IMG/VR virus record: IMGVR_UViG_3300042199_000463
Span: 11,218-75,217 of that record
Strand: one strand, 5' to 3'
Length of the DNA: 64,000 bases
DNA from: a virus
Lineage: Duplodnaviria; Caudoviricetes
The notes beneath the pieces were generated by a model that saw nothing but the letters and a program-made list of their open reading frames with translations, did no database searches and had not been told where the DNA came from. The translations under genes and the position numbers were made by a program. Below, one piece after another: positions 38,059 to 47,332 of the stretch (position 1 is the first letter of the stretch; each line of letters starts with the position of its first letter).

Positions 38059-38399
38059 GTAGCTCCATGGGTTACAATCTTGATAGTGCCAGTTGTCACA
38101 GTGTTCTTTGTGTATTTGACGCGCACGTACCGGCTCATGAACTTTTGAAACTCGTAAATCTGATTATCTGCAGCAGGCGTCATCGTAACTTCGACCACGC
38201 CGCCGTAGCAGTTCCAGTTAACGTTATCGTTGCTGACCTCGAGCTCTAGCGTACCGGTCAGCGCGTCGAGACCTGACCAAATGGCCTGTAACGATCCTTG
38301 CCGCAGCGGACGTCCGGGATACGTCGGCATGACTTCCCATGACTCACTCGTGAAGTTGTTGGACGCGTCGTAAATGACATGAAGCTGTTCCGACGGCAT
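38052..38399 (-). CDS. Small beta-sandwich virion protein, paralogue of 51355-51684
   Basis: GTLELEVSND.VNW...Y.RVKY vs GTLTLEASN.NVNY...YYRVKW. Confidence 0.6.
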   Translation of the reverse strand: MPSEQLHVIYDASNNFTSESWEVMPTYPGRPLRQGSLQAIWSGLDALTGTLELEVSNDNVNWNCYGGVVEVTMTPAADNQIYEFQKFMSRYVRVKYTKNTVTTGTIKIVTHGATW

Positions 38400-38771
38400 T
38401 TAGTCCCCTGAAAGTAACTCAACTATTTTGTCTTTGGGAATCAAGTCTAACTGATCGTCCGCTATTGTGCGAGCCTGCAGTTCCAGTTCGTCCTTGACTT
38501 TGCCGATCGAGCGCGTCAGCAAGAAATCAAGGCGAGCATAATCGCCTTCTTTCGCTGCCTTGACCATAATCGACGCGATCATGATCTCAATCATGCTTGA
38601 CTTGGGATCAGTTGCCACGTCTTGCAGTTGATCGCGTGTCATCGTCGCGAACTTGCCAAGAATCGAGCTAACCTTGTCTTTTGTCAGTAATTGCTTGGGC
38701 TTACCATTTGGATTGCCAGAAACACCTTTAGGGAAGTGCTTTAAATGCTTATTTTGTGGACGTTCCGACAT
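38400..38771 (-). CDS. Putative terminase small subunit (DUF5681-like, B)
   Basis: FPKGVSGNPNGKPK N-terminal motif; directly follows the ParB-methyltransferase gene. Confidence 0.7.
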   Translation of the reverse strand: MSERPQNKHLKHFPKGVSGNPNGKPKQLLTKDKVSSILGKFATMTRDQLQDVATDPKSSMIEIMIASIMVKAAKEGDYARLDFLLTRSIGKVKDELELQARTIADDQLDLIPKDKIVELLSGD

Positions 38772-38777
38772 TGAAAC

Positions 38778-39971
38778 CTACACTGATTCTAATGTGGCCT
38801 TATTACCAGTAAAATCTTCCCACCTTTTTAATATAACATCACAATAGTGCGGGTCGATTTCCATGCCGAAGCATTTTCTATTAGTTTTCTCGCAAGCTAT
38901 GAGCGTTGAGCCGGAGCCGAGGAATAGGTCGAGAACATTTTGCCCAATACCAGAACTAAATGCGATTAGTGGCTCAAGTAATTCTATTGGTTTTTGTGTC
39001 GGATGTGATCCATCACTTTTCTTTACAACTTCTCGGCACGATAAAAAGTGTCCTTCATCGGGGAAGTTTACTACTCGCTTTGCTCCGCGAGTACCGTAAA
39101 CACATAATTCTGTATTCCATGTGGGATGACGTTTAGACAAACAGGGCATGGGGTTAGGCTTTGACCAAACGCAATAACTGGTAAAATCACACCATTCGTT
39201 AAGGTGATCCCATATTTTCTGAATAATAAAATGGCTAGTCCAGATATATAAAGTCACTGACTCAGCCGCGACAGCCATCATATTTGAAAGCGCGGGATTT
39301 ATATCGAAATTTTTGTCCCAATCAGCATTAGCCAAATCTTTCATTGCCTTTGACTTGTCTTGAGCATAATTCTTTGAGTCAGAGGCGATATTATACGGCG
39401 GATCAGTAAAAACCATATCCGCCTTCTCACCGCCCATCAGTCTTTCAACGTGCTGAATGTTCGTGCTGTCCCCACAAAGCAAACGGTGATTTCCAAGAGT
39501 CCAAAGATCTCCTGGCTTGCATCGTGTTTCGACTTGTTCCGGCACCGCGTCGGGATCGGTCAATCCTTCTTTGATGACTTCCGGCGTGTGAGATGACATG
39601 AAATCGTCGTCAAAGCCGATCGCACCAAGATCAAAATCTATGTCTTTAAGCGATTGCAGCGTCTTGTTGAGCGGGTCTAAATCCCACTCAGCAAGTTCCG
39701 CCGTCCGGTTGTCAGCAAGAGCAAACGCAATCGCGTCAGGGCCCGTCAGCTCGGTACGAACGACGTTAATATTTTTCCAGCCGAGTGACTTGGCAGCTTC
39801 CATTGTGCCGTTACCGGCCACGACAACACCGTTTTTGTCAACAATAATAGGCTTTTGTTGCCCGAATTTGGCAAGCGAGCCTTTGATTGCATCTAAGTTT
39901 TTTTGATTGTGTTTCCGAGCATTAGCCGGATCAAAAGACAAGGCGTCTATTTTGACTGATTCAATTTGCAA
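38778..39971 (-). CDS. ParB-N domain plus DNA adenine (N6/N4) methyltransferase
   Basis: N-terminal ParB (PANARKH...FGQQKPI...AGNG); DPPY, HPTQKP, DLFLGSGST. Confidence 0.92.
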   Translation of the reverse strand: MQIESVKIDALSFDPANARKHNQKNLDAIKGSLAKFGQQKPIIVDKNGVVVAGNGTMEAAKSLGWKNINVVRTELTGPDAIAFALADNRTAELAEWDLDPLNKTLQSLKDIDFDLGAIGFDDDFMSSHTPEVIKEGLTDPDAVPEQVETRCKPGDLWTLGNHRLLCGDSTNIQHVERLMGGEKADMVFTDPPYNIASDSKNYAQDKSKAMKDLANADWDKNFDINPALSNMMAVAAESVTLYIWTSHFIIQKIWDHLNEWCDFTSYCVWSKPNPMPCLSKRHPTWNTELCVYGTRGAKRVVNFPDEGHFLSCREVVKKSDGSHPTQKPIELLEPLIAFSSGIGQNVLDLFLGSGSTLIACEKTNRKCFGMEIDPHYCDVILKRWEDFTGNKATLESV

Positions 39972-39974
39972 GCG

Positions 39975-40202
39975 TTATTTCCTAGCCTGTTGCATTTGTA
40001 GTCCAGCAACGCGGTCTGAAAGCTCTTGAATTACTTTTGCTTGGGATGACAGAGAGTTTGCCGCAGCTCGCGCCGTTTCGTCAAGTATTTTTTGTGCTGC
40101 CACAAGTTTTTTCTGTGAGAGCCAGCAAACGTAAATGCCGCCGCCGAGTGCTGTAAGCATCGCGCCGTTCACAATTGCCAAGATTAGAATGATTGGTTCC
40201 AT
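39975..40202 (-). CDS. Small TM plus coiled-coil protein
   Basis: 75 aa. Confidence 0.55.
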   Translation of the reverse strand: MEPIILILAIVNGAMLTALGGGIYVCWLSQKKLVAAQKILDETARAAANSLSSQAKVIQELSDRVAGLQMQQARK

Positions 40203-40450
40203 GTCCTGACAATACCTGACGCGCTAAAAATAGACAGCGTAAAATCGCTTATGACGCGTTTTGCTTGCGCGACGTGTCTTGGTCGCTAGTCGCGCTATTT
40301 CGCTAGCCAGCGTCGCGCTCAGCTCTTTTGGCGGCTCAAGTTTGTGGTAATCCATCCGAGAAAGAATGAACCATGAAGAATTCTCCCTCATTTAGCCCTT
40401 ATCCATACGTTGGATAGGGGTTTCCCCTATTATGCGACACGCTATGAACA

Positions 40451-40759
40451 GCGTGACAGCAGCGTGACACGAAAGCGTGACAAGGAAACACAATACATAA
40501 CATACTAATAATATTATATATATCTCTCTATCTCTCTCTCTCTGTCACGCTGGTCACGGTTGTCACGGTAAAAAGGACATACTTAGGGAACGTGTATTTC
40601 AATTTCTGAAATTAGTAATTAGCTTCCTTAAGTGTGTCTAAAATGTTGTGACACGCGTGACAGCGTGACACGAAAAAAAAACGAGGCGTAAAGCCCCGTT
40701 TTAATTGATGGAATTGCATTGTCGTCATGTCACGCTTTGCGTCACGATTTCAGTCACGC
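40451..40759. repeat. Putative replication origin B: 12 GTGAC iterons (core CGTGAC) in two 3-forward/3-reverse blocks
   Basis: Forward at 40451, 40462, 40475; reverse at 40543, 40552, 40561; forward at 40647, 40655, 40663; reverse at 40728, 40740, 40752; AT-rich/(TC)n spacer 40490-40542. Confidence 0.75.
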
Positions 40760-43226
40760 TTTTGCGATTCAGAACTGTACATCTGATTGTTTCTTTATTT
40801 TGTTCAAACCGCCGTGCATTGGCCGGTCTTGCGAAGGGCAGTCTTCTAAGGCTTTTCTTCCAGTCGCGCTCCCAGCGCGTGCCCTTAAAGACTTGGCGAC
40901 GTAATTCAGCGTGGTTATTAGCCACGTAAATATTTACGTCCTCCACGACGATACCATAAGTTCGCAAAGAAGCAAGCCAATCCAAATTATCTGACGCGAT
41001 GATCTGCCCGACGGTCAAATCCGTGTGTCCTGACACTGGCCTTGTCGGGCTTTCCTCGCTGTATGCTTCTTTCGCGCCATCGACTCTGATCTTTGTTGTC
41101 AAGATTTGATCAAGACATTCCTCATGGTCTGTCACAATCTCTTGGTGTTCCGTATCGTCCTCAAAATCCATTCCTTTAATGAAATTCTCAGCTTCCTCTC
41201 TAGTCACAACCGTGTCAGACGTGAGCATCCAGTAGCCGCCAAGTAGCATCCCATATTGATCGCCGAAACGCTGGCCCATGCCAAATGTGTTACTGAGAAC
41301 GGATTTGAACACTGCATGATTTTTAATCACGGTCTGAGTCATCTCAATGGATCTTATGAAAAGACGCATAACCATTTCGTCTGTAATGCTCGCCATAAGC
41401 TCCCTAGTGCGTTTCCAAGCGGCTTCGTCGCCGTTGTGCTGATCTAGTTCGATTACGGTGAACCTGCTTCTGTCGGCGTCATTAGAAAGCGACACGCGTA
41501 TCGAGGCGACTAATGAGCAAAACGCTGTGCGGTAACTCACTGCCGAACCGTCGGCTGATCCCTTAATGATCATGGCGTCCGACTGACTCCAACTCATGCG
41601 GGCAAGCTCAAGGATTTGGTCAATGCGGTTAAGACTAGTCATGGTCGTGGCCTCGAACTCGTCCAAGATGACTGGGATCGAGTCGGCGTTGATCGACTGG
41701 CGAATGCCCGCCTCAGACGAATTTGAGCCTGTGCAGTAAAGCCGCTCTTTTTCGTTGCCTAAAACGACTTTGATGACTCCTTCCAGTAGCGACGACTTAC
41801 CAGTACCAGCTCCGCCTGTTAGCCAGACGTGAGGTCTGATCGGCAGGGCACCGGCCACGCGAGCGATCGCAAGCCATCCGGCAAGATAGACGCTCGATTT
41901 TTTGTTGCGCCACTGGAACATGCCGCAAACGTCAGCGATTAACTTGCCTTCTTCAGCGGTGAGCCTCTCTAGTTTTGGCACACGAACCCTGTTCATGGAG
42001 TCCACATAAACCGCACCGCCTGAAAAGCGCGTGTGCGGAATCTTAGTGTTGTTGACGATTAGCTCTTTTCCGGTGTTAACGACGATGCGACCTTTGTCTT
42101 CCCAGACGCCGCACCCGCGTACTTTCGTGGGATCAAATAATCCGACGGCGTTACACTCTTGCGTCATGTCAGATTTGGCTTGTTCCCAGTTTACGGAGCT
42201 TTCTTTTCCGCGTGGATTTGGAAATCTCGACTCCCAATGTTCGATTGGCGCGAGAGCGTAGAACTGGACGTTTGACCATGTGGTGAACTTGTTAATGTCA
42301 CGGATTTTGTAGTTGTAGTAATAGCACGCAGATTTGCCGCGTCCGAGCGGGCGGTAAAGTATCTCGTTTTCTGAGGCGTCAAGCTGTTTGGATAAGACGT
42401 CGATGCCAAACGTTACGTGTACGTCGTTAAAGTCCGTGCCTTTTTCTGGATGATCCCGAAAGTCAGGAAAAACCGCAGCGCACGCGGCTTTTGTCGCGGC
42501 TTCGTCAGCTTTTGTCCGGCCTGGATTTCCTTCCGTGGCATGGTCGTCATCACCTGCCACGACGATGCGCGCATCTTTGTACATGTCGCGAACGTGAACG
42601 GCGACTTTCGGCAAGTTGTTTGCTGAGAACGAGCAAAACACCGTAGCTTTTGTGGCCATGTGAATCGATGCGCCCGTTGCGTATCCCTCGCAAATGTAAA
42701 TACATTCGTCTGTGCCGTCGATCCGGTGAAACGTCTCAGATATTTTCTGGTCTTTTAAAAATAGCTTTTTGCCGTCAGCGTAAATGCGCTGATATCCCGT
42801 CAGCTCGTTACTAAAGTTAACAGTCGGCACCATGAGGATGCCGTCTTTGAAGAAAACGCCGAAAGCTCCTACGCGCTTTTTTTCAAGATAAGCGTGCTGC
42901 CCTATTGGCGAGGCAAGTGAAAGCTCTTGCCGAGCTTTTTCTGCTGCAGCTTTTTGCGCTTCTTCGCGAATTTTCTTGGCTTGATCCATAGCACTTTTAA
43001 GCTGGATCGCCGCGACTTCTTTTTCTTCTTGTGAGAACCGTTTTTTGTTTGACTTGTATTCGTGACGCTTGTTCGTGCGCCAGTCTCCCGTGATCACGGT
43101 CTTGAAAGGAGCTTCCCATCCGACGTACCACTGGTTATTGTTCTTTCCAAACCTGTGAATGTTGCCGTCAAGGGTAAAGCTTTCCACGGCAAGGCCCAAG
43201 TCCTTTGCCCACTGTTCAAGTTCCAT
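40725..43226 (-). CDS. Toprim primase-helicase fusion
   Basis: CEGYATG, VAGDDD, GTDFND (Toprim); GGAGTGKS, ILDE (P-loop helicase). Confidence 0.88.
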   Translation of the reverse strand: MELEQWAKDLGLAVESFTLDGNIHRFGKNNNQWYVGWEAPFKTVITGDWRTNKRHEYKSNKKRFSQEEKEVAAIQLKSAMDQAKKIREEAQKAAAEKARQELSLASPIGQHAYLEKKRVGAFGVFFKDGILMVPTVNFSNELTGYQRIYADGKKLFLKDQKISETFHRIDGTDECIYICEGYATGASIHMATKATVFCSFSANNLPKVAVHVRDMYKDARIVVAGDDDHATEGNPGRTKADEAATKAACAAVFPDFRDHPEKGTDFNDVHVTFGIDVLSKQLDASENEILYRPLGRGKSACYYYNYKIRDINKFTTWSNVQFYALAPIEHWESRFPNPRGKESSVNWEQAKSDMTQECNAVGLFDPTKVRGCGVWEDKGRIVVNTGKELIVNNTKIPHTRFSGGAVYVDSMNRVRVPKLERLTAEEGKLIADVCGMFQWRNKKSSVYLAGWLAIARVAGALPIRPHVWLTGGAGTGKSSLLEGVIKVVLGNEKERLYCTGSNSSEAGIRQSINADSIPVILDEFEATTMTSLNRIDQILELARMSWSQSDAMIIKGSADGSAVSYRTAFCSLVASIRVSLSNDADRSRFTVIELDQHNGDEAAWKRTRELMASITDEMVMRLFIRSIEMTQTVIKNHAVFKSVLSNTFGMGQRFGDQYGMLLGGYWMLTSDTVVTREEAENFIKGMDFEDDTEHQEIVTDHEECLDQILTTKIRVDGAKEAYSEESPTRPVSGHTDLTVGQIIASDNLDWLASLRTYGIVVEDVNIYVANNHAELRRQVFKGTRWERDWKKSLRRLPFARPANARRFEQNKETIRCTVLNRKSVTEIVTQSVT

Positions 43227-43232
43227 GATGTA

Positions 43233-43544
43233 TTACTCCAGAAGTTTTAGCGCATCTTCGACACTTCGGCACACGGCGTATTTACCGCCGCGCTTTAGGA
43301 TCATTTTCTCAAAATTCTTTTGTTGCAAACTTTGTTTAGCGTTGCCAGTTTTTACTTCGATCGCGATGAATTGTCCATTAGGTTCTGCAATTCCGATAAT
43401 GTCTGACGATCCAACGAGTCCATAGGATATATATCTGTCCCCATTTTGTGCCGTACCTGTATGATTTTTCCACGCTGTACAACGACCGGATTTTGATATG
43501 GCGATAAGAATTTCGTTGACAAGCTTGGAGTGGTGAAATCCCGC
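43233..43544 (-). CDS. VRR-NUC nuclease (B) with no in-frame start codon
   Basis: Hand-translated: HSKLVNEIL...GLVGSSDIIG...FIAIEVKT...QSLQQKNFE...CRSVEDAL; lies in the -1 frame of the helicase tail. Confidence 0.7.
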   Translation of the reverse strand, partial: AGFHHSKLVNEILIAISKSGRCTAWKNHTGTAQNGDRYISYGLVGSSDIIGIAEPNGQFIAIEVKTGNAKQSLQQKNFEKMILKRGGKYAVCRSVEDALKLLE

Positions 43545-44887
43545 ATGAACTCTTTCATGAACTTGTTCGCCGTCGCTTCGCCGAATTTTTCTTTCATCTG
43601 GTAAAATACATAGCCCTTTTTATAGCCTTTATTTAAGGCTTTTTTCTTGATGCTATTTCCTACGACGATCCAGCGTTCGTAGGGCTTGATTTCTTTGAGC
43701 TTGCCATCAACAATACTCGGCCCTGTTTTCTTAGCAACTTCAAACTCGTTTCCACAATGGCATGTGGCCTGTGCTGCGTGGACAACGGCGTAGCATATTT
43801 TACAAGTCTTTACTGGAGCTTCCATCTTAATAGAGCTTTTCTTTTTATCTAAAACTGGCGCAAAATTATCGGTAACAAATCCGTGCATAGCCGTGCAGTC
43901 GCCGTGATCGAACACAAGAAAATCTTTTTTGTTTGGAAAGATGCGCGATCCACGCCCAACTTGTTGAATGTACAAGTTTAATGACCTTGTTGGTCGATAC
44001 AAAACGATGCAAGACGTCTCAGGAAGATCGACGCCCGTAGTTAAGATTCCCACGTTACACAGAATACGCGTCTTTTTGTCGGTGTAATCGCGCAAAATTT
44101 CTTTTCGATCTTTGTCCGGCGTGTCCGCGTCAATGTGTACTGCAGCAACGCCACGTGAAGAAAACTCTGATGCTAAAAGTTTACTGACGGCAACAGTTGG
44201 AGCGAACAAAATGGTTTGACGGTCCTCGCCGTGTTCAAGCCAGTTGTCGAGAGCGCGTCCGACGATTAGAGACTTTGACATTTCACGGCTGAGGTCGTTT
44301 TCGTCGAACTCGCCATTTGACTTGATCTTGACTTTGGACAAATCAGGCTTGGCCGGAGCGTAGTAACGCGGCGGCGAGAGATATCCTTGTTCGATTAGCT
44401 CAGTCATCGTTATGGGGCAAATGACGTCATCAGCTAAATGCCTTAACCCTGCCTTAGTGTATGGCGTGGCCGTAACAGACAGAATGAATGCCTTCGGGTA
44501 ATGTTCTAAAAACTCTTTGTATTTAGGCGAAGTCGCAAGATGCGCCTCGTCGATAACGATCAAGTGAGCGTCAGGGAAATGATTTCTGGATATGAGCGTA
44601 TCAATCGAGCAAATCTGTATGTTGTTACTTATGTTATCACGTCCAGACATGATGACACCCGCACCGTCAAGACGCTTTGCCGCTTGATCGACTAGTTCAC
44701 GTCCGCGCACGACCATGATGCCGCGACGCCCTTTTTCGGCTAGTGATTTTAGAATGTAACTGAACACGGTCGTCTTCCCAGATCCGGTTGCAAGATGCAG
44801 CAATACGCGACGATTTCCGCGTGCGAATGACTGCCTGATCATATTCACAGCTTTTTCTTGATATGGCCGAAGTTCCATGTTAAACAA
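43352..44887 (-). CDS. SF2 (RadD/YejH-like) helicase with C-terminal Zn finger
   Basis: ATGSGKT, DEAH, TATP, QQVGRGSR, CKIC..CHC. Confidence 0.9.
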   Translation of the reverse strand: MFNMELRPYQEKAVNMIRQSFARGNRRVLLHLATGSGKTTVFSYILKSLAEKGRRGIMVVRGRELVDQAAKRLDGAGVIMSGRDNISNNIQICSIDTLISRNHFPDAHLIVIDEAHLATSPKYKEFLEHYPKAFILSVTATPYTKAGLRHLADDVICPITMTELIEQGYLSPPRYYAPAKPDLSKVKIKSNGEFDENDLSREMSKSLIVGRALDNWLEHGEDRQTILFAPTVAVSKLLASEFSSRGVAAVHIDADTPDKDRKEILRDYTDKKTRILCNVGILTTGVDLPETSCIVLYRPTRSLNLYIQQVGRGSRIFPNKKDFLVFDHGDCTAMHGFVTDNFAPVLDKKKSSIKMEAPVKTCKICYAVVHAAQATCHCGNEFEVAKKTGPSIVDGKLKEIKPYERWIVVGNSIKKKALNKGYKKGYVFYQMKEKFGEATANKFMKEFMRDFTTPSLSTKFLSPYQNPVVVQRGKIIQVRHKMGTDIYPMDSLDRQTLSELQNLMDNSSRSK

Positions 44888-44916
44888 AGTCCACTAATTT
44901 ATGGGAGCATGTGTAT

Positions 44917-45063
44917 ATGGCAAAGAAAGCGAAAAGAGAAAAGGTATTCGGTATCCGTCTGACGAAAAAAGAGTTTGAACAGATTTGTAAAGAAGCTGAA
45001 AAAGAAATGATCACTCCCGCGACGTGGGCACGCATTGCTTTGATCAAGGAACTCGCCGCATGA
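44917..45063 (+). CDS. Ribbon-helix-helix (CopG/MobC-like) regulator, 48 aa, not in ORF track
   Basis: MAKKAKREKVFGIRLTKKEFEQICKEAEKEMITPATWARIALIKELAA; GGGAG RBS. Confidence 0.65.
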   Translation: MAKKAKREKVFGIRLTKKEFEQICKEAEKEMITPATWARIALIKELAA

Positions 45064-45392
45064 GCTGCCAGCACGAAAAACAGACAAAAGTAAAAACAAA
45101 CGACGGCAATCTGATCGTTTGCAAAGACTGCCTGACGAACTTGGAATTTCAAGCTGCAGCTCCGATTAAGTCTGATCTTAATCCCACGGACAGAATACCA
45201 GTTACGGAGCTTGTTAAAACGGCTAAGGGTCTAGCTCTTAATGATTTTGAAAAGAGCTTTATTGACTCGTTTTCTGAGCGCATTGCTAAATACGGCGACA
45301 AAGTTATCGTTTCAGAAAAGCAGCAAGCCATCTTGGACAAGATTCAAAAGACCTACAACATCACATATATAAATACAGACATTGCGTTCTAA
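45060..45392 (+). CDS. Hypothetical protein with Zn-binding motif
   Basis: ATG 45060 overlaps the RHH stop; CQH...CKDC. Confidence 0.6.
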   Translation: MSCQHEKQTKVKTNDGNLIVCKDCLTNLEFQAAAPIKSDLNPTDRIPVTELVKTAKGLALNDFEKSFIDSFSERIAKYGDKVIVSEKQQAILDKIQKTYNITYINTDIAF

Positions 45393-45787
45393 CTTAACGG
45401 CATAGCTGGCTTGACTCTGAACACCCTAAGACCACTTGGCGGCGGCACGATTTGGCAGTGTAGCCATGTCGGCGTGTCTTCGGGATGTTCGATCCATACA
45501 CCGAAATCTCGCAACCGGTTTGGCTCGGCCATGAGCCAGTTAATAAGAGCGTGTTCTGGATCGTGAATGTCTGCAGCTTGGCAAGTCATGTGCTTTGAGC
45601 GAACCGCACCTTTTGCGAGCGTGTTGAAAATCCCTGGACGATAGCCAGACGTAATCTTCATGGGTTTGCCCCATGCCGATCGTATCGTGTTCAGTCTGAT
45701 AAGAAGTTCTAACAGATTACTTTCCAGCTCAGGCGTGAGCGGATACTGCTTTTCGCGCCCCATCAAAATCTCGGCTTTAGTAATCAC
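45389..45787 (-). CDS. Peptidase M15 family endolysin (B)
   Basis: ITSGYR, SKHMTCQAAD (H..D), WLHCQ. Confidence 0.85.
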   Translation of the reverse strand: MITKAEILMGREKQYPLTPELESNLLELLIRLNTIRSAWGKPMKITSGYRPGIFNTLAKGAVRSKHMTCQAADIHDPEHALINWLMAEPNRLRDFGVWIEHPEDTPTWLHCQIVPPPSGLRVFRVKPAMPLS

Positions 45788-45846
45788 GCTTGACCTTCAG
45801 CGAACAAAGTTTTACAAACACGAACCACTTCACAGGAGATTATATC

Positions 45847-46410
45847 ATGAGTGATACGGACGTACAGAAGCAAAAGACACCTTTGCATCAAGCGGTACTT
45901 GACCTTGCTGCAGTTTGTCAGCAAATCGACGAATCCGCCGATATTACAGACGTCTTGATCAAAACACTTGGCGAGTTGAAACAGGGGCTAGTGACTGCAG
46001 TTGACAGAAACATTTTGTTTGAAAAGTCGCTAAAAGCGCAAATTGCGACGGCCAAGGAAATGAAAGACAGTTGGACGCACAGGCAAAAAGTTTTGGAGTC
46101 CGTAAAAGAAAGCCATTCAGGTTATATGCTCGCCGCAATTGCAAGCTCAGGCGGTTTGCCGTTTAAGGGAACACAAGGCGAGATTCGCGCTCAGGCGTCG
46201 CCGCCAAGTATGGAGCTAACGATCAAAACTGATCGCCGCTCGTTTGAGACAATTACGGCTCAGGACGCTGAAACGATTCCGCTAAAATACATTACCGAGA
46301 CGACGCTACTAAGTTTGAACAAAGACGCTATTCGAGAAGATTTGCAGAATGGCGTTGAGTTGTCGTTTGCGAAATTAACACGTGGTCGCCACATAAGAAT
46401 CTATATTTAA
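45847..46410 (+). CDS. Gp157-like protein
   Basis: ATG 45847 with CAGGAG RBS; coiled coil, ASPPS, LNKDAIREDLQNG.E..FAKL; upstream of the SSAP-like gene. Confidence 0.6.
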   Translation: MSDTDVQKQKTPLHQAVLDLAAVCQQIDESADITDVLIKTLGELKQGLVTAVDRNILFEKSLKAQIATAKEMKDSWTHRQKVLESVKESHSGYMLAAIASSGGLPFKGTQGEIRAQASPPSMELTIKTDRRSFETITAQDAETIPLKYITETTLLSLNKDAIREDLQNGVELSFAKLTRGRHIRIYI

Positions 46411-46421
46411 AGGAGTTTGAA

Positions 46422-47057
46422 ATGGAAACAGGCGTAACAGTAGTGGAAACATCATCGGCACGTCCCATGTTGGATTTGCCATATCATGAAAAGATCGCCG
46501 CAGCTTCGGGAATGGCAAATCTTTTGAATACGATCATTAGAAAGCAGAAGTTCTTTCAAGTGATCCAAGGCAAAGAATTTGTCAAAGTAGAAGGTTGGAT
46601 CACGCTTGGCAGTTTGCTTGGCATTACGCCGCGAGAAAAGTCTGTGACAGAACTTCCTGACGGTAGTTACATTGCAGAAATTGAACTTGTTCGCGTTGAT
46701 ACAGGTAGAATCATCGGCGGCGCATCGGCTCTTTGTTCAGTCGATGAAAAGCGTTGGGGTAATGCAGACAAATATGCTAGAAGATCAATGTCGGTAACGA
46801 GAGCAACAGGCAAAGCGTACCGCATATCATTTGGCTGGATTATTGGGCTCGCCGGTTTTGAGACTTGTAATGCCGAGGAAATGCCAGAATCCCCAACCCA
46901 AGAAGACGTCTATACAGGCACGCCAGAACAAAAGTCAAAACTCACAGCATATCTAAAAACTGCAGGATTTGACGACGAAAAGACGCAATCTGTTTTGACG
47001 AAAATGGTCGGAAAAACAAAAGACAAACTACCAGAGGTAATGCGTGATTTGCAGTAA
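46422..47057 (+). CDS. Putative single-strand annealing/recombination protein
   Basis: FVKVEGW, C..DEKRW, YARRSM..TRA.GKA.R, AEEM motifs. Confidence 0.6.
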   Translation: METGVTVVETSSARPMLDLPYHEKIAAASGMANLLNTIIRKQKFFQVIQGKEFVKVEGWITLGSLLGITPREKSVTELPDGSYIAEIELVRVDTGRIIGGASALCSVDEKRWGNADKYARRSMSVTRATGKAYRISFGWIIGLAGFETCNAEEMPESPTQEDVYTGTPEQKSKLTAYLKTAGFDDEKTQSVLTKMVGKTKDKLPEVMRDLQ

Positions 47058-47164
47058 CGAGACACTTTACTTGTCTGTTAAGCTGCTGGCTGTGATCGGA
47101 GCTTTTTCTCTGATCGCCGCTTGTGGCGTTTTTATGTTTTGTCTTTTTTCTAGGAGACTTAAAA

Positions 47165-47332
47165 ATGAGATTTCTAATTCTCATATTTCTAGCTAGTTGC
47201 GCTCACAATGAGTCGGTTACAAAAGAAGAATACGAACTTTTTCAGGCGCGTTTTAGCGGCATTTATTCCAGACTTGATCAATGTGAATTTGAAATCAGAG
47301 AGCTGAAAAATATTATTGCGGAGCATGACTGA
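47165..47332 (+). CDS. Small lipoprotein
   Basis: MRFLILIFLASC lipobox, AGGAG RBS. Confidence 0.6.
   Translation: MRFLILIFLASCAHNESVTKEEYELFQARFSGIYSRLDQCEFEIRELKNIIAEHD

Noticed and set aside
40451-40759. CRISPR-like array
   Set aside because: The repeats are 6-8 bp, occur in both orientations and lack unique 30-40 bp spacers. This fits iterons.
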